From: Camelus dromedarius
Taxonomy: Eukaryota
Assembly: GCF_036321535.1 (NCBI RefSeq)
Contig: NC_087436.1
Span: forward strand, 37,574,001-37,638,000
Length of the DNA: 64,000 nucleotides
Reading direction: 5' to 3'
The position numbers and the translations under genes were made by a program. Position 1 is the stretch's first letter. Every line of letters begins with the position of its first letter. The notes beneath the pieces were generated by a model. The model saw only the letters and a list, made by a program, of their open reading frames with translations. It searched no databases and was not told the DNA's origin. Positions 37,221-50,383 of this stretch are shown piece after piece.

Positions 37221-37336
37221 ATATGTTCCAAGAAATAAATATTGGAACATATGTCATATATTGGAACATATATAATGTATGATACAAATAATATATAATA
37301 TATATTGGAACATTATAAATATAGATATATGTTCCA
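37221..37336. repeat. AT-rich array of direct and inverted TTGGAACAT units
   Basis: ATATGTTCCA at 37221 and 37327; TTGGAACAT at 37242, 37261 and 37305. Confidence 0.9.
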
Positions 37337-38939
37337 TCTGTAAACGATTACTTCATTGAGCCCCTCCAAGTATCTTCAGATCTATTGTACCTGCTACATT
37401 CATACTTACTTTGATTTCTCTTCTTTTTGGTCGACTAAGTGTTGCTGTCTATCTCTAAAGATAGAATTTTTAGTCCAGGACAAGACCTTTGATCTCCAAC
37501 ATGTCTATTCTGTGACTGTGATGTGTGAACCCAGAGAAAGGCCCTGGGAATTAGATGATCACACTCAAGGCCTTTGACCTTTTCTACCTTCTGCTGCTCA
37601 TAGCAACAAGCTTAAGCCTCATCTTACTCTCCACATGGGGTTTTCCTAACAGTGGGGTGGGAACAAATGGTTTAGCTCTGTACAACTTTCCACTTGTAGA
37701 TACAAACCCTTTTTAGGAAGGAAAGACCCAAGTAAGAAATTTTTGTGTCTAATCTCACAGGGTTCTGGGTACAAGAGTTTTTCTTACTCCTGACCTTCAT
37801 GGCTGATTCCAAGATGTGATAACGGACTCTAACCCAGCTCCCCACCTGAATACATTGGCCTGTTTACCTCCTTGGTTCTTGTTGCTGAATTTCTCCAATA
37901 ACCTAATATCCTGATTCATTGTTTTGACTGAGTGCTAATTGGCAAGTCAGACCTTCTGGTCTCCCACGGAAAGCACCGTGATGCCCACAGTTTACCCGCA
38001 CCCCCGTACTGCATTCCAGTAGTACTAATACTGTCCAGTAGCCCTAAGACGTCTAGCAGTAATAATATTGTCTAGTAGAGCTGTCAGCTGAGGTGGAACC
38101 TATGCTGAGCCATTTCCCATTAAATCTAGCAACCACTAGAACAGTTGTTTTCTGATTCCCACTTGGAACGACTTGTGCATTTGAGGACAGTCTGTGTCTT
38201 TATAAAAAGTTATCTTCTGCTTGTAAATTCTCTTTGCTCAAAGCCCCACCTCACTTTTTTTCCCCGCCATTCAGGCTCTTCCTCTGGGTCAGTTCTTCCG
38301 GGATGACTCCGGTACTAGGTCCAGCAGAGAGCAGACAGCCCTCACCTGCAGGTGGGGACGAGTCTCACACTCCCAGACTCCCTGACGTCTGCTTATCCCC
38401 CCAGAAGAGTTTGCTTAGGTAACAGCTGAAGGACGTGTTTGGTTTTTTGGGGGGAGGGGGAAGTTTTTTAGGAGGTTTCTTTGTAAGGAAAGCAATCAGA
38501 GTGAGAAAAGAGCCCAGTTTTTCCAAGAAGGCCGGCTACAGCTGTCTTTGTGAGCAGGTGAGGACAAGAGGGCAGGCAGCTGTTGCACCCTCAGGCTGCC
38601 CCTCTCGGTAGAGACAGGTCCCCAGAATGTCTCCCTCACAGGGGCAGCGAAGCGTGGCTTTTTGAGAGACAGGAAGTAAGAAGCGTGGGTGGGCAGGGTG
38701 TTCGACAGAATTTTGAGGAGTGGTTTCAGAATGAGGGGAGAAGGGCTCCAGACATGCTTGAGGGATTACAGAGCAAAGGAGAGGGGATTGTTTATGCTGC
38801 TTTGTTTATTTTTCTCAGAAGTGGGGCTGTGGGCTGTGAGCTTGATACCCCTGAATGTTTTTCAAAAGACAAAGATAAAAGCAGAATTCAGTTTTAATGT
38901 TTGATAGTTATTGTACATTTTAAAATATCTCCTAGGGCA

Positions 38940-39390
38940 GTCCATCACTTAGCTTTTGCTGTGTAGCAAATTACCCTAAAAGTTAGTGATGTAACAAAAC
39001 AATTAATTCTTTAGGTCACAAGTCCTTGGTTGCCTGTTTGGCCTGGGCTCAGAGAGGCAGTTCTGGTCTCACAGGGACCCGAGTACATTTGCCGTCAGCA
39101 GCTGGTCAAACAATTATGATTTGTGGGGTTTGCTGGCCATGAACTAGGCCAGAGGTTGGAGGTTGGGGCATCTGGGATGCATGTCTCTCCTCTTCTTGGG
39201 AGAAGCTGGAAAGTCGCATTGTTTCTCCCGTCACTATGGTAGAGTCTATTTCTCTGTTCCCTGAATCTGGGTTGTCCTTGTAGCTTGCTTTGCCTGTATA
39301 ATATGCAGGAAGCCAAGTTGTATCATTTTGGAGCCAATTTGCTTCTGCTGTCTTTTTTTTTTTTTAAGAACACTACTGGGTTACCCATGA
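38940..39390. mobile_element. MLT1 LTR remnants (one antisense piece, one sense piece)
   Basis: TTAGCTTTTGCTGTGTAGCAAATTACCCTAAAAGTTAGTGATGTAACAAAAC (antisense MLT1 end); GTAGAGTCTATTTCTC...TGAATCTGGGTTG...GCTTGCTTTG (sense MLT1 body). Confidence 0.65.
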
Positions 39391-40084
39391 AACACTGACA
39401 AAATGTCACTGAAATCCGAATTGCAATCTGGAGTTGAACGCATGGTTCGAAACTGGCTATTTTGGGTAGAGAATCAAATTTACACAATACTGTATTGTTT
39501 CAGTAACTTAAAACTCAATGTCTCTCTTATGAAGTTGTGACATTGCCAACCCTTTTCACCCAACATCCATGAAGCACTAGATTTCCTGAGAAATGACAAG
39601 TATTTATCAGAAATGACAAGGACAAGATTACTGTCCTTCCTTTCATCAATGCAGATTTATTGCTGTGCTTCACTGATAGACCCCACATTCTTTGTGGAGG
39701 TGGTTATTACTGTCTGACTTGTAATCAAGCAAGCTTTAATGGGCATAAGGTGTTTCTACCATAAACTGGAGAAATTCACAGAGGGCACAAGTCTCAAGAT
39801 CCTCAGGAGAAGACGTTGAGTCTTTTAAACTCTACCAGTGACACAAGACAGGACAGACATCTCAGAGGTTGAGAAAAACCAACAGCCAGAAGAGAGATTT
39901 CTGGGGTGGTTCATGGCCTCAGAGACATACAAACTATGTAGAATGACCTCACCTCCCACAAACAAGTGATTTGGAATACAGTAACTAGGATTCCCACAGC
40001 TTCCTGTTCTAATTGGAAGGAAACCTGTGGGCAAAGAATGTCGCCTGCCGTCTCAGTAAACAAAAGGATGTTTCAGCCATCAAG

Positions 40085-40695
40085 TCCTGGAAGTAGAATC
40101 AGATCCCAGAGGTTAAGGGCTCAGTCCTACAAGACTGCTCCCCACCAACTTCTGACACTCATTTCAAATCCAAGTTATCACCTGTGCATCTGACTGATGG
40201 GCTATAGATTGGAGGCTCCCACAGCCTCCTCCTCAGTTTCAGTTAATTTGCTAGAGCAGTTCACGGACTCAGAGAAACAGTTTACCTACTAGATTACCAA
40301 TTGATTTTAAAAGGATATAACTCTGGAACAGTCAGATAGAAGAGATGCATAGAGAAAGATGGAAGGGAAGGGCAACAGGCTTCCATGCCCTCTCCCCAAA
40401 TCTCCACACGTTCACCAACATCCAAGCTCTCAGAACCCTGTCCCTTTGGGGTTTTATGAGGGCTTCATTACACAGGCATGGTTGATCAAATCATTGGCCA
40501 TTGATGACTGATTCAAACTCTAGCCCCACTCTCCTCCTAAAGTTGTGACTGAAAGTTCCAACCCTTTAATTACATGGTTGGTTCTCTAGACAGCCAGCTT
40601 CCATCCTTAGCTGTGGTCCAAAAGTTGTCTCATTAACATAAAAAAAGATACCATTTGCACTCATCACTTGGGAAATGCCAAGGGTTTTAAGAGCC
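40085..40695 (-). mobile_element. MER21-like LTR
   Basis: TCAGATCCCAGAGGTTAAGGGCTCAGTCCTACAAGACTGC...TAATTTGCTAGAGCAGTTCAC...ATCACTTGGGAAATGCCAAGGGTTTTAAGAGC. Confidence 0.85.
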
Positions 40696-41214
40696 CTTTA
40701 CCACAGTATCACAGAGGGTCTTTGCAGGTAAATGGCCCACCCTTGGAGTATCATGTTCTACCCATCTCCAAGGGGCCTGGGCTTTATTTTTTGATGGAGA
40801 CACCACACCACTTTGGGTCACTCTGGGTCTAGATATCCTCAAGTAGAATGATAAGGCAGAGGGATTGAAATGAGGAAGTGAATGGGCAGAGGAAAATTGG
40901 AAACAGTGATGTCTTTTAAATTCAGCTTTGGAGCTCCCTCATACTCTCGCTGACCTTAGAAATTTTTGGTTTATTTGTGTAACAGTCATAATAATCACTG
41001 TGTGGGATAGTGTAAAAAATATGTGTTTCTGTGACTCACAAACCAGGATCTGAATCTCAGTCTGAATTAGCTATGCTAATTACTGGCTGAGATAAAGTAG
41101 CTTAGCTGAGTCCTTCAGTTCTCGGCAGGGCTGTTGTAGGACACCTGAACATACTCTTGTTCAGGTCTCCTTTCTTATTGGCTGATGCCTGTATTCAATC
41201 AGGTATCAAATATT

Positions 41215-41530
41215 TTGAATACTAGCTCTGCTTCTCTGAGTTTCATTTTCCTCATGGGTAATAGGAGGCTAGTGATATCATATTCGCCAGTTGCTGGAAA
41301 GAATAAATGAAATAATACAAAGTTCCTCAGACTTTACTTTCATTAATGAGATTCCCTCTCATACCTGGAGATCTTGTTAAAATGCAGATTTTGATTCAGT
41401 GAGTTTAGGATGGCTCCTGAGATTCTGCCTTCCCTACAAGTTTTTGCTGGCCCAAAAATGTCACATTAATTAGCAAGGAAATAATGTATGTAAAGCATCT
41501 GGTACAAAATAAATGATCAGAAATTATTGC
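41215..41530 (+). mobile_element. MIR interrupted by MER5A (hAT-Charlie; ~41355-41478)
   Basis: CTTCTCTGAGTTTCATTTTCCTCAT...AATAAATGAAATAAT | CCTGGAGATCTTGTTAAAATGCAGATTTTGATTCAGTGAG...TAGCAAGG | AATAATGTATGTAAAGCATCTGG. Confidence 0.75.
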
Positions 41531-44500
41531 TAGTTGTTATTCTCAATTATCATCATCATCAAACTCAAAAATGTAAATTGCTTCCATTTATATTTAATTA
41601 TCACACAACAATGATAATATTTCATTAAATTATCCAAGCTGACTTTTACTATAAACCTGGCTTAATTTCAACAATGGGCTCTATCCATATATGTTTATTC
41701 TTTATATTACATGGTTCATTAATTCACAATTTAAAAAACCAGAGAGAATGACCATAAAAATCTCTTCAACTTATCATTTTATTTTAATTCTCTCTCTCCA
41801 CTTTAGTAGATAGAGAAACTATAATTTATTGAATTGCAAGAAGTATTCTTAGTCTCACCCAATCAAAAAATATTATTGTCAATAGTAATACTTGTTAGCT
41901 TCCTCCAGGAACAAAACAGTACACTAAATAATGATACCGATTATTATGTGTTCGGAGAAGATAAAACTGGAGGAACATGCACCAAATTATCTGAAAATGA
42001 TGTTATCATAGCCTCATGTCAGAAGTTACTTCTCCAGTTTTTACTCTTTCCATATAATATAGTTTTATACTCTCAGACTTTTCGTCAGTCTTATGTTTGA
42101 CATTTATAATTAAAAATTTAAAGGAAAAATAATTATTATTTTGGGTCCTTGGTTAATCTTGACTCTCTAGAACACTAATATCTTTGTAAAATAGAGAAAA
42201 TTTCCTTCAGAGTAAAGTACTTCCCCTTACTGTCAAATGTTTTTACACAACAATGAAGGACATGATGAGAAGAGTTTTCCCTAAGGCCTCATTATTCCTT
42301 GGCAGTAAATTAGGCATTCAAGTGTTTAACTTTGTAGTTGTGCTGGGAGTCCAGCTCTTTGAAGTCTTTGGTAACTTTGGTTTAAGAGCTGAAAGAGTTA
42401 ACATAATTCCATGAGTAGAATCAACTCAGAGTAGACACACTGTTGAACAATGTGTTATATTTTTATGGTAGTCTTTCTCAACTGTACAAGAGACATTAAA
42501 AAAGCATAAAACCAATCAAAATGGAAATGTATTGTTTGCTGTTTCGGGTGATACCAAATCATAGAATCTTTGACCCTGATGGGATTTTTAGGCATCATCT
42601 GTTCCAATCCCATTTTTAGGTAAAGGAACTGAAATCTCCAGGGGTTAAATGAATCTGATTCCTGGTAAGGTTGTTAGAATGACTGCCACAGGAGAATAAT
42701 GCTTTGGTTTAAATTATACATCTATAAACAGACCTCAGGACTTTTCTCCTTGGTGTACAAAATTATTTCCAATACAAGCTTCAAAATCATCATGTGAGTT
42801 TCAGAGTGCTGGAGCTAGAAGTCTTCCCCTTGTTATGTAACCTTCTGAGTCCTTTGGGATAAAACACTGAGAGCCCCTCCCAGACTTCAGCACAGTAAAT
42901 GACTTTCCCATAAAATATCCATAAAGCTAATCATTTTAGTACCTGTTTTTACAGTTTTAAAGTTCCTGTCTATTCCCAAGTGTACAAACCCTGTGATGCT
43001 GTAGATTTGGAGTTAAACATCTAAAGATCGCATGAAGACAACTGACTATAAATGAGGGTCATAGAAGGTGGAAATCACAGCTTAAGATCAGAAGTAATTT
43101 TTCTGTTTTAGATTTTCAATTGAAAACAAGAAACTGCTATAAGAGAATGGTTCCATCAAATAGGATGTGTAGGCTTTCCAGTACCCAAAGTCAGTTTTCA
43201 CACAGATGGAGAATGTATAAATTATTCAGTGTTGGTCTTATAAAATCTGGTCCAAAATGCCTGACTTCTAAGTTACTGCTCTTCGGGTGGTAATTCCTGT
43301 AAGACAGGAATAATCAAAAGCAAATGTAATGTTAAAAACAGGTATGGTTCCTGAATTTGGGTGTGAAAACATATTAATGTGTGTTGGAAACAGGAAGGGA
43401 CGCAGTTGTGGTGAGGCTAAGAGGCTAAGGGTTTGAGCGTCAGAGTTCTCCTGGGATGTGTCTGCTCTGTTCACACCTGGGGTTGCCTTTTAAAGATCAC
43501 CACATCTTTGGCCTGGTGTACAGTGATAACTAGACTTTGGTCCCAAACAGCTGCATTTCTGATTTATCTGCATGTATGATTCATATCCATTCTTTCATCC
43601 TCTTTGGAATTGAGATTTATGCCCCTTCTCTCTCCCGACTGTTTGCCTGATGTATCCTCTTTTTGGCAGAATTTTTCAGAGAAAAATGGGATCTAGTCCT
43701 TAGGAAAAAGTAGAACTGATGTAAATTATGAGCTGTTTAGCCCTTTCTTACCTGTGGTGGAGTTAAAGGGGGAAAAAAGCATGTACACACACATACACAC
43801 AGTAATGAGGAAGAACTCAGGGAAAATGCATAGAACTACTGAGTTCCTTAAAATGATAGTTCTATTGGGGGAAAAAAAGTGGGGAAGAAAATCAAATTTA
43901 AGCATCATATCACAAGTATAACTGTTCCTAGAGTTTTATGAATGGGTATTCAAGTTTGCAAAATGATGACAAAAATTGTCTGTTCTTCATGTCAATTTTC
44001 ATCCAGATGAAATTTTATCAAATAGTGAAATCAACTATACTCCTGGTTGTTATGGGAGTTTGAAACCGAGAGAAAAAAAATGCCATTTGAGAGAAAAAAA
44101 AAAAAAGTACCATTTTTTGATGAAGTAGAAAGCCCAAATTAACACTAGGTTTTATCCTTTATAAACTAGGCTAGGAGACAGTGGAGCAGAAGTCATATTA
44201 CCCTTCTGGTTTGATATCCAATCTGTTGAGGCTCCTGGCACAGCCATCTCCATCCTTTAAGTAATGCTACAGGTGATGTTCTGAAGTTGTAATGGAAATA
44301 CAATCTCTGGTTTGAATCTCTCAAGGAAACAGTGAGGACCAAAGTTTGGCGGGAGGCCATGGCCTCCCTCTTGAAGGACTCTGGAGGCTCATCAAATGTC
44401 CCTAACCTGCAGGAAGCTCTCACCCAACAGACAATTCATTTGAACAACTCCCGAGGAAACTGTAGTTCATGGTACAAACATTGCTAGGTTGGTTTTACAT

Positions 44501-47500
44501 TTCTTAGAAAACCCTGTGAACTTCTTAGCTGTGGTACCTACGTGATGGTCTCCATTCAGCCTCCATTCTTACTCATGATTTGGAATCTGGGATGTTGGGA
44601 TGCTGAGAGGGAAAGGAGCCTGAGTTAGTGGTAGGGAGGAGGGGAGAGGGCCTGGAATCTTGCCAGAAAGCAAGCATGTGGAAGCACTTTCCCTGTCTTC
44701 CTGAGGACCCCTGTGGACGGCCTGCACGTGAGGTGCAGCTGAGGTCCACCGGAGCCTTATGACTGAGTGACACACTCAGCTCATCTTTAGAGACAGGGTG
44801 GATTTGCCCTTTCCCAAGCCTAAAGCTGGGGAACTTCCTTACCTTAGCCTCTTTAATACTCTCAATATTAGTTCCGGACAAAGGAAGAAATATTGAACAT
44901 GACGTTCTCTTCCCCCAAACTCAACTCTCGGTGGCCTTGTCTTACTTCACCAGTCTCATTTTCTCCCTTTTCTCCCCTTCCCCCTCAGACAATTGTACCC
45001 TCAAGCCATGTGAAGTTAATTTTGGATCAATCACTTTAGGTATGAGTCTTCAAGTTTTATTAAATTTTTTTTCAACTCATTTCCTTATTTTTCCCTGAAG
45101 GTAAATGACTAAACAAAATGCTCTTTTGTGAACAGTAAAAATTGTTCAGTGGGCAGACAGCCAGCTTTTGCTTGCAGTTGCTACTAAGTGGCTTAGATGT
45201 ACACTAGAAGCAGCACAGTGCTTTCTGGACCAGTAATGCCTGTGTTTCACGATGGTGTTCTAGACAGGGGCCAGCGTCCCCCTTACGGTTAGAATGGTGG
45301 GAGGTGTAGATAACAAGATCTGTTCTTGTGCTTTAGGGACCCTTTTTTCTCCAACATTTGCATGAGGTAAATGAAAATGATCTCTTACTCCATTTTCCAC
45401 TGACTAGCATCACCATCCTCATGGTCCATCCCATAGCTTTTAGTGATCTTCCTGCTTAACCATCAGTGAACTTTGAAAGAAACGTCCCTGCTTTTTCCAC
45501 ACCCTTTAATTTATGTGGTCATCAAATAAAGAGGCACATGGCTTGAGATAAGATTGGTCCTTAGACACCCTGTGGGAGCACCTCAAAGTTTTAATAGCAG
45601 CAATTACATGGGGCACTTGTGGAGCACTCTTATTTAATTTTCAAGGAAATTTCAGAAAAGGAAAATATCAGTTAGATCTAGGCTTCCAGTCTACAAAATG
45701 ACTTGACTTTCCACCTTATTGCTGTTGGCTGATAAATGTCTCCTTGCTCTTTTGGTATTACACTAAAATGGCATATTCCTGTGAAACATTAGGTAATTAT
45801 TTTTCTCAAATGGAAAGAAACTAACAGGGTAAATGTCATTTTGTGTTCATTCAAAAGACCTTTTAAAAGACATGCTCAAAATACTCCAGGAGATCTTGAA
45901 ATGACAATATTGGTATTTTCATATCAAATATGTTTACTTTAATAACTCAGATTAAGGACATTGTTTCCTCCCTAGTTTCTATTTAGATTTTTTTTAAGTT
46001 AATGGTATGTGCAAGCTATATTGCATTATAGACTTTTTTTTTCTGGAAAAATTTTGAAAATACAGAGAAAAAGCACACACACACAAAAATAACACTCATG
46101 ACTTTACCATTCAGGATTGAGATTTATAACATTTTTGTCATGAAAAAGATAATGTTGAAGTTCTCTTTGGGATTTGCTGACTTTCCAAAGTGTATCTGGG
46201 GAAGTGGAATTGTAGAAGTGGGACCTTTTGATGGTATCAGCCTACTTTTCTGAAGCGCAGTGACTGCTGTGGTGACAGCTGAAGTGTACCAAACAGTCAG
46301 ACTCTGGTACGATCTGTCTTCTCCAGCATATTGCCAGCATGCTATTGGCAGTTTACCTAATTTCACTATGTGTACGAGAAAGTGACCACTTCAATACAAT
46401 CAGTGGTGTATATAAGCACTAATGATTGCTACCTGGTATCTCATCCACAATGATTTCATTTCTGAATTGGCACAAATTTTGTTTTTCCCTTTGGAGAGTT
46501 TTCCCACTGCTAATAATTATAGTTTGGTGAGAAAACATATATTATTTCTATCCTCTAATGCCAGTAAAGGAATATAGAGACCATAAATACAATTTCCTCT
46601 CTAAGAAAACACTCATCAACTCTTTTTTTTTTTTTTATCTGAAGGGAGTGGGCTTATTTCTAAATTACTTTAAAGAATGAGTGTTTAAATGTTAACCTGG
46701 GTGCTAGCTCTCTCAGGGAAAGAAATAGGAAGATGAAACAGAGGAACATTCCTAGAAATGAGTGTGTGACCTATGTGGTCCTTACAGTAAATTATACAAA
46801 TTCTACATTTGTGTTTATGTGTTGTGGCCCTATTAAGCTGATATAACTTTTCCATGAAGTGGGCAGGTGGATTTCCTGTAGTACCCCCAAGCGCCTGAAG
46901 AGGTATGTTGTTTTCTTGTGTTTCCATTACAACATAGCGACTAAGAGGGAATCCTCTGTGGTATTTTCACATCTTTTATCTGTAGGTTGTACTTGTATCC
47001 GAGAGGTGAATATTAATAGCCTCTTGGCAGCAGAGTGACTTTCTTAAAAAAGGGGTTTCCCTGTGTATGGGTGGATTAACCTTTCAAAATATATGTTTCT
47101 ACTTAAACCACTTAGTTACTGTTTGATTCAAAGGTTGTCATAAAGACAAACCCTCCACATCTGCCCTTGTAGTACGCTCACCTAGAGCGGAGAGGAGCTT
47201 TCAGTATAGAACATGGTGAGTAACGTGGGCTTTGTGCCTTTACTTTCATTTCGCTTACTTACCAGAGCTTGCGCGAACTTAACTTCTTTTTCAAATGCCT
47301 AAACGTTCTCGTATTAAAATGGCACGTGTGATTGATTTTTGAGTTTGGTGACAAAAGCATTTAATTTCTGGCTTCATGCATTCCGTGTGGGAAATGAGAG
47401 AGAACTTATGAAGTGTAATAATGTGTGATGCTCTCCTTTAAAATTTTTATTTTTATTTTTTTTTAACAGTTAGCCCTTTTGTCCATGTCAGGTAAAGTGA

Positions 47501-48324
47501 GCTTTTGAAATGACACGTTTAACTGTTTGATGTTGTCCTATTTACTTGGCTATTTCTAACAAGCCTGTAAATAATAACTAAATTTCAGTCGTCATATGAG
47601 TAATTTTACTACGCTTGTCCTCTTAGGCTATGGTGCAACGCTTCACTGCCTTATTTAAGCAATGATCAGGGCAAGGATCCAGGTAGTGTGCGCCACTGTC
47701 TTGGACAGCCTTCATCGTATTCTTCATGGTATTCTAGAGTCATGTTGATGGGACGTATGCAAAGTTCTAAAAGAATGTATTTCTAAATATAAAGTCACTG
47801 GATTGATTTATTTAAATAGTTGAATTTTCCAAAGCAGATTGGAAAATAAACTTCCCTAGGTATAATTTAAGTGTAAGCAATCAGGTTGACATGCAAGGAA
47901 GGTTCATTTTAAAAGCCAGCAGTGGACAAATCTCGACCAGATGATTATGAGCAGTGTGATGCTTTTTCATTAACCTAACAACATTAAGTTTCTGGCATAG
48001 CCACAAAATTTCCTGCTGTAAAATACTAAGCAGCTCCATTTTTCTTAGGAATCTCAGGCAGTGCCCTGTTGCAGAAAATCCAATAGCCCTTTTGAAATGG
48101 CAAAGCATCCACAGACCTGCCCCCACAGCATAAGGTTCACATAGGGTCTTAACATTATGGGTGACAAGCAAGGATCTCTAGAATGGGTCAGTGTTAACAC
48201 AGTATTTTCAGAAATGCTCTCCTCAAATTTTTGAGGCTATTTTTTTAAAAATCAGAATTGTAATAGATTTTTAAAGTCCAGAAATTAAAGAGAAACAAGT
48301 CCTCTTATTTCCTCCTTTTCTTTT

Positions 48325-48410
48325 TCACTGTCTCTGTCTCTTTCCTGTCTTTCTGTCTCTCTCTCTCTCCCTCTCTCTGACTCACTCTCAGCTAGCTTCT
48401 CTCTCTCTCT
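48325..48410. repeat. (CT)n-rich polypyrimidine tract
   Basis: CTGTCTCTGTCTC...CTCTCTCTCTCTCCCTCTCTC...CTCTCTCTCTCT. Confidence 0.85.
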
Positions 48411-50358
48411 ACTAAGCATGCATTTTAATAAGTACATCACTGGCTTCCAGTACAATTTTTCCATTGAAATTTGCAGCCACTATACAATTTCCCAATTTTA
48501 ATGAGATAAATGAGACACAAATGAAAGAGGAAGAAATAATGATTTTTAAACATGGGAAACTTAGTATACTCAATTCCTCCTGTTAAAGGAATCAGAAACA
48601 CAGCTGTCAAAGGGACTTGTGGAACAACAGAAGAGACAGGGAACCGTCCGATACGCCTGATCAGTCAACGTCCCTGACTCCTTGACTGTCTTCTTCCACT
48701 GGTGGAGGGAATAAAGGTGCTTACTAAGTTCTTTGTCAACTGAATACTTCCTGCCGAGGACAAACCTTAAGGCCTCATTTTGACTGTTAACTTTTAAAAA
48801 TTGCTCTTTAATGTTTTAATTTTAAGCACTTTAGCTATCAATTTCTAAACTTTGCTTCCTCATGAAGATGAGATAATGAAGGAAAACCTGCTGGTCCCAG
48901 GTGTTACTCCATCTGTTTGGAGTTGTGACAGTTTAGATCTTTCAAATATTGTTTTCATAAAGGAAGAAGGACTTAAAATAAAAGAAGCATATTTTACACA
49001 CGTATGTCCTCAAATCTTTAAGAAAGAGGAGGGCATAAAAAAATGTATATGTCTTTCTACTGAAATTGCACAGGGCATGAGTAAAAAATTATTTTATTTG
49101 AAAACACTGCCAAGAATAAATATCCCCAGGGTTTCTAAAATAGAAACAACATATGAGTGAAAATTACTCTGGTAGCTGCAAAGCACAGTCCCAGCAAGCG
49201 GATCCCTGGATTGATCTAAGAAAGTAAAAAGCCTTGGATGACAGAGAAAGAGTCACAGTGGGACGGTTAGTACACAGTTAACAGATTATTGTGGTAAGTA
49301 ACCAGAGTTAATTATTCCATGCTTTTGCCAATCTGACAACTGTAAATTCTGCAAGAAGAAATATATTAAGTGGTATAATTCATAAAATACATTTAAAGGT
49401 AAATTACCCCTTTCACAGTTTTAAATTACATCTTAAATGACAAAGATGGTGGAGTATTTCCTTTTGATGTGAATAAATATTGGTAAATAGAATAAGCTAC
49501 ATCCAGAGGACTCTAAAACAAATTGCATGCTTACAAGATCTATCAGTACGTTCTTCAGTAGGTTGCCATATTCATTTTTTCCCTTCAATTTTAAAGAATA
49601 TATTATCATTTTTCATAAACCCTCTACTAGGAGAAGCTGTTCAAAAATCTCCTGGGAACATGGCTTACATTTTTTAAACTACAGAAGGCAAAACAACTGT
49701 AGATATTAAAATAAGCAAAAAATTGTTCAGCCTGAACAACAGGAAAATGTGCTTCCCATTTGAATTCTTTTTGTAGAGAGGAACGAAACATATTGGAACA
49801 GGATCAAACTGATCAGGCTCGATTTATGATTGAAAAAAGTGAGTAGGAAGATACTCAACTTTAAAGTGTTTCTTGTAGACAAATTTAATCTTACCCAACT
49901 ATGTATCAAAAAATAAGATGAATTTCTAATTAGAAATTGTTCTGTGGCTCATTTAAAAACAAGAAAAAATATCAAAAAATAAACATTAACATTTAGATAA
50001 GACTAAGGCAGAAACTACAGAATTAGTCTGAAAGAGTCTTGAATTTCACATGTAAAAACCAAAGGATGGATTCTGTATCTGAAATCACAGAGGTCAAGTC
50101 TCATCTCAACTTTTCATTACCAGCAGAAGGCATTTATTAAAATCTCAGGAATGAGCTCAGTGAGCATTCATTTTTATTATATTAAACAGCCTTTCATTTA
50201 TTTTCATTTGAGTCATATTAAGATAGTAGCACTCTCTCTCACTCTCTTTCTCTCTCTCTCTCTGTTTGTTAATCTAGTGATAATCACCTGGATGTTAAAA
50301 TTCCAAGGCAATTTCTATGTAGTCATGGATATTTAGATTTATTACAACTGCTTGATTT

Positions 50359-50383
50359 TAATAATAATAATAATAATAATAAT
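50359..50383. repeat. (TAA)n microsatellite
   Basis: TAATAATAATAATAATAATAATAAT. Confidence 0.9.
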
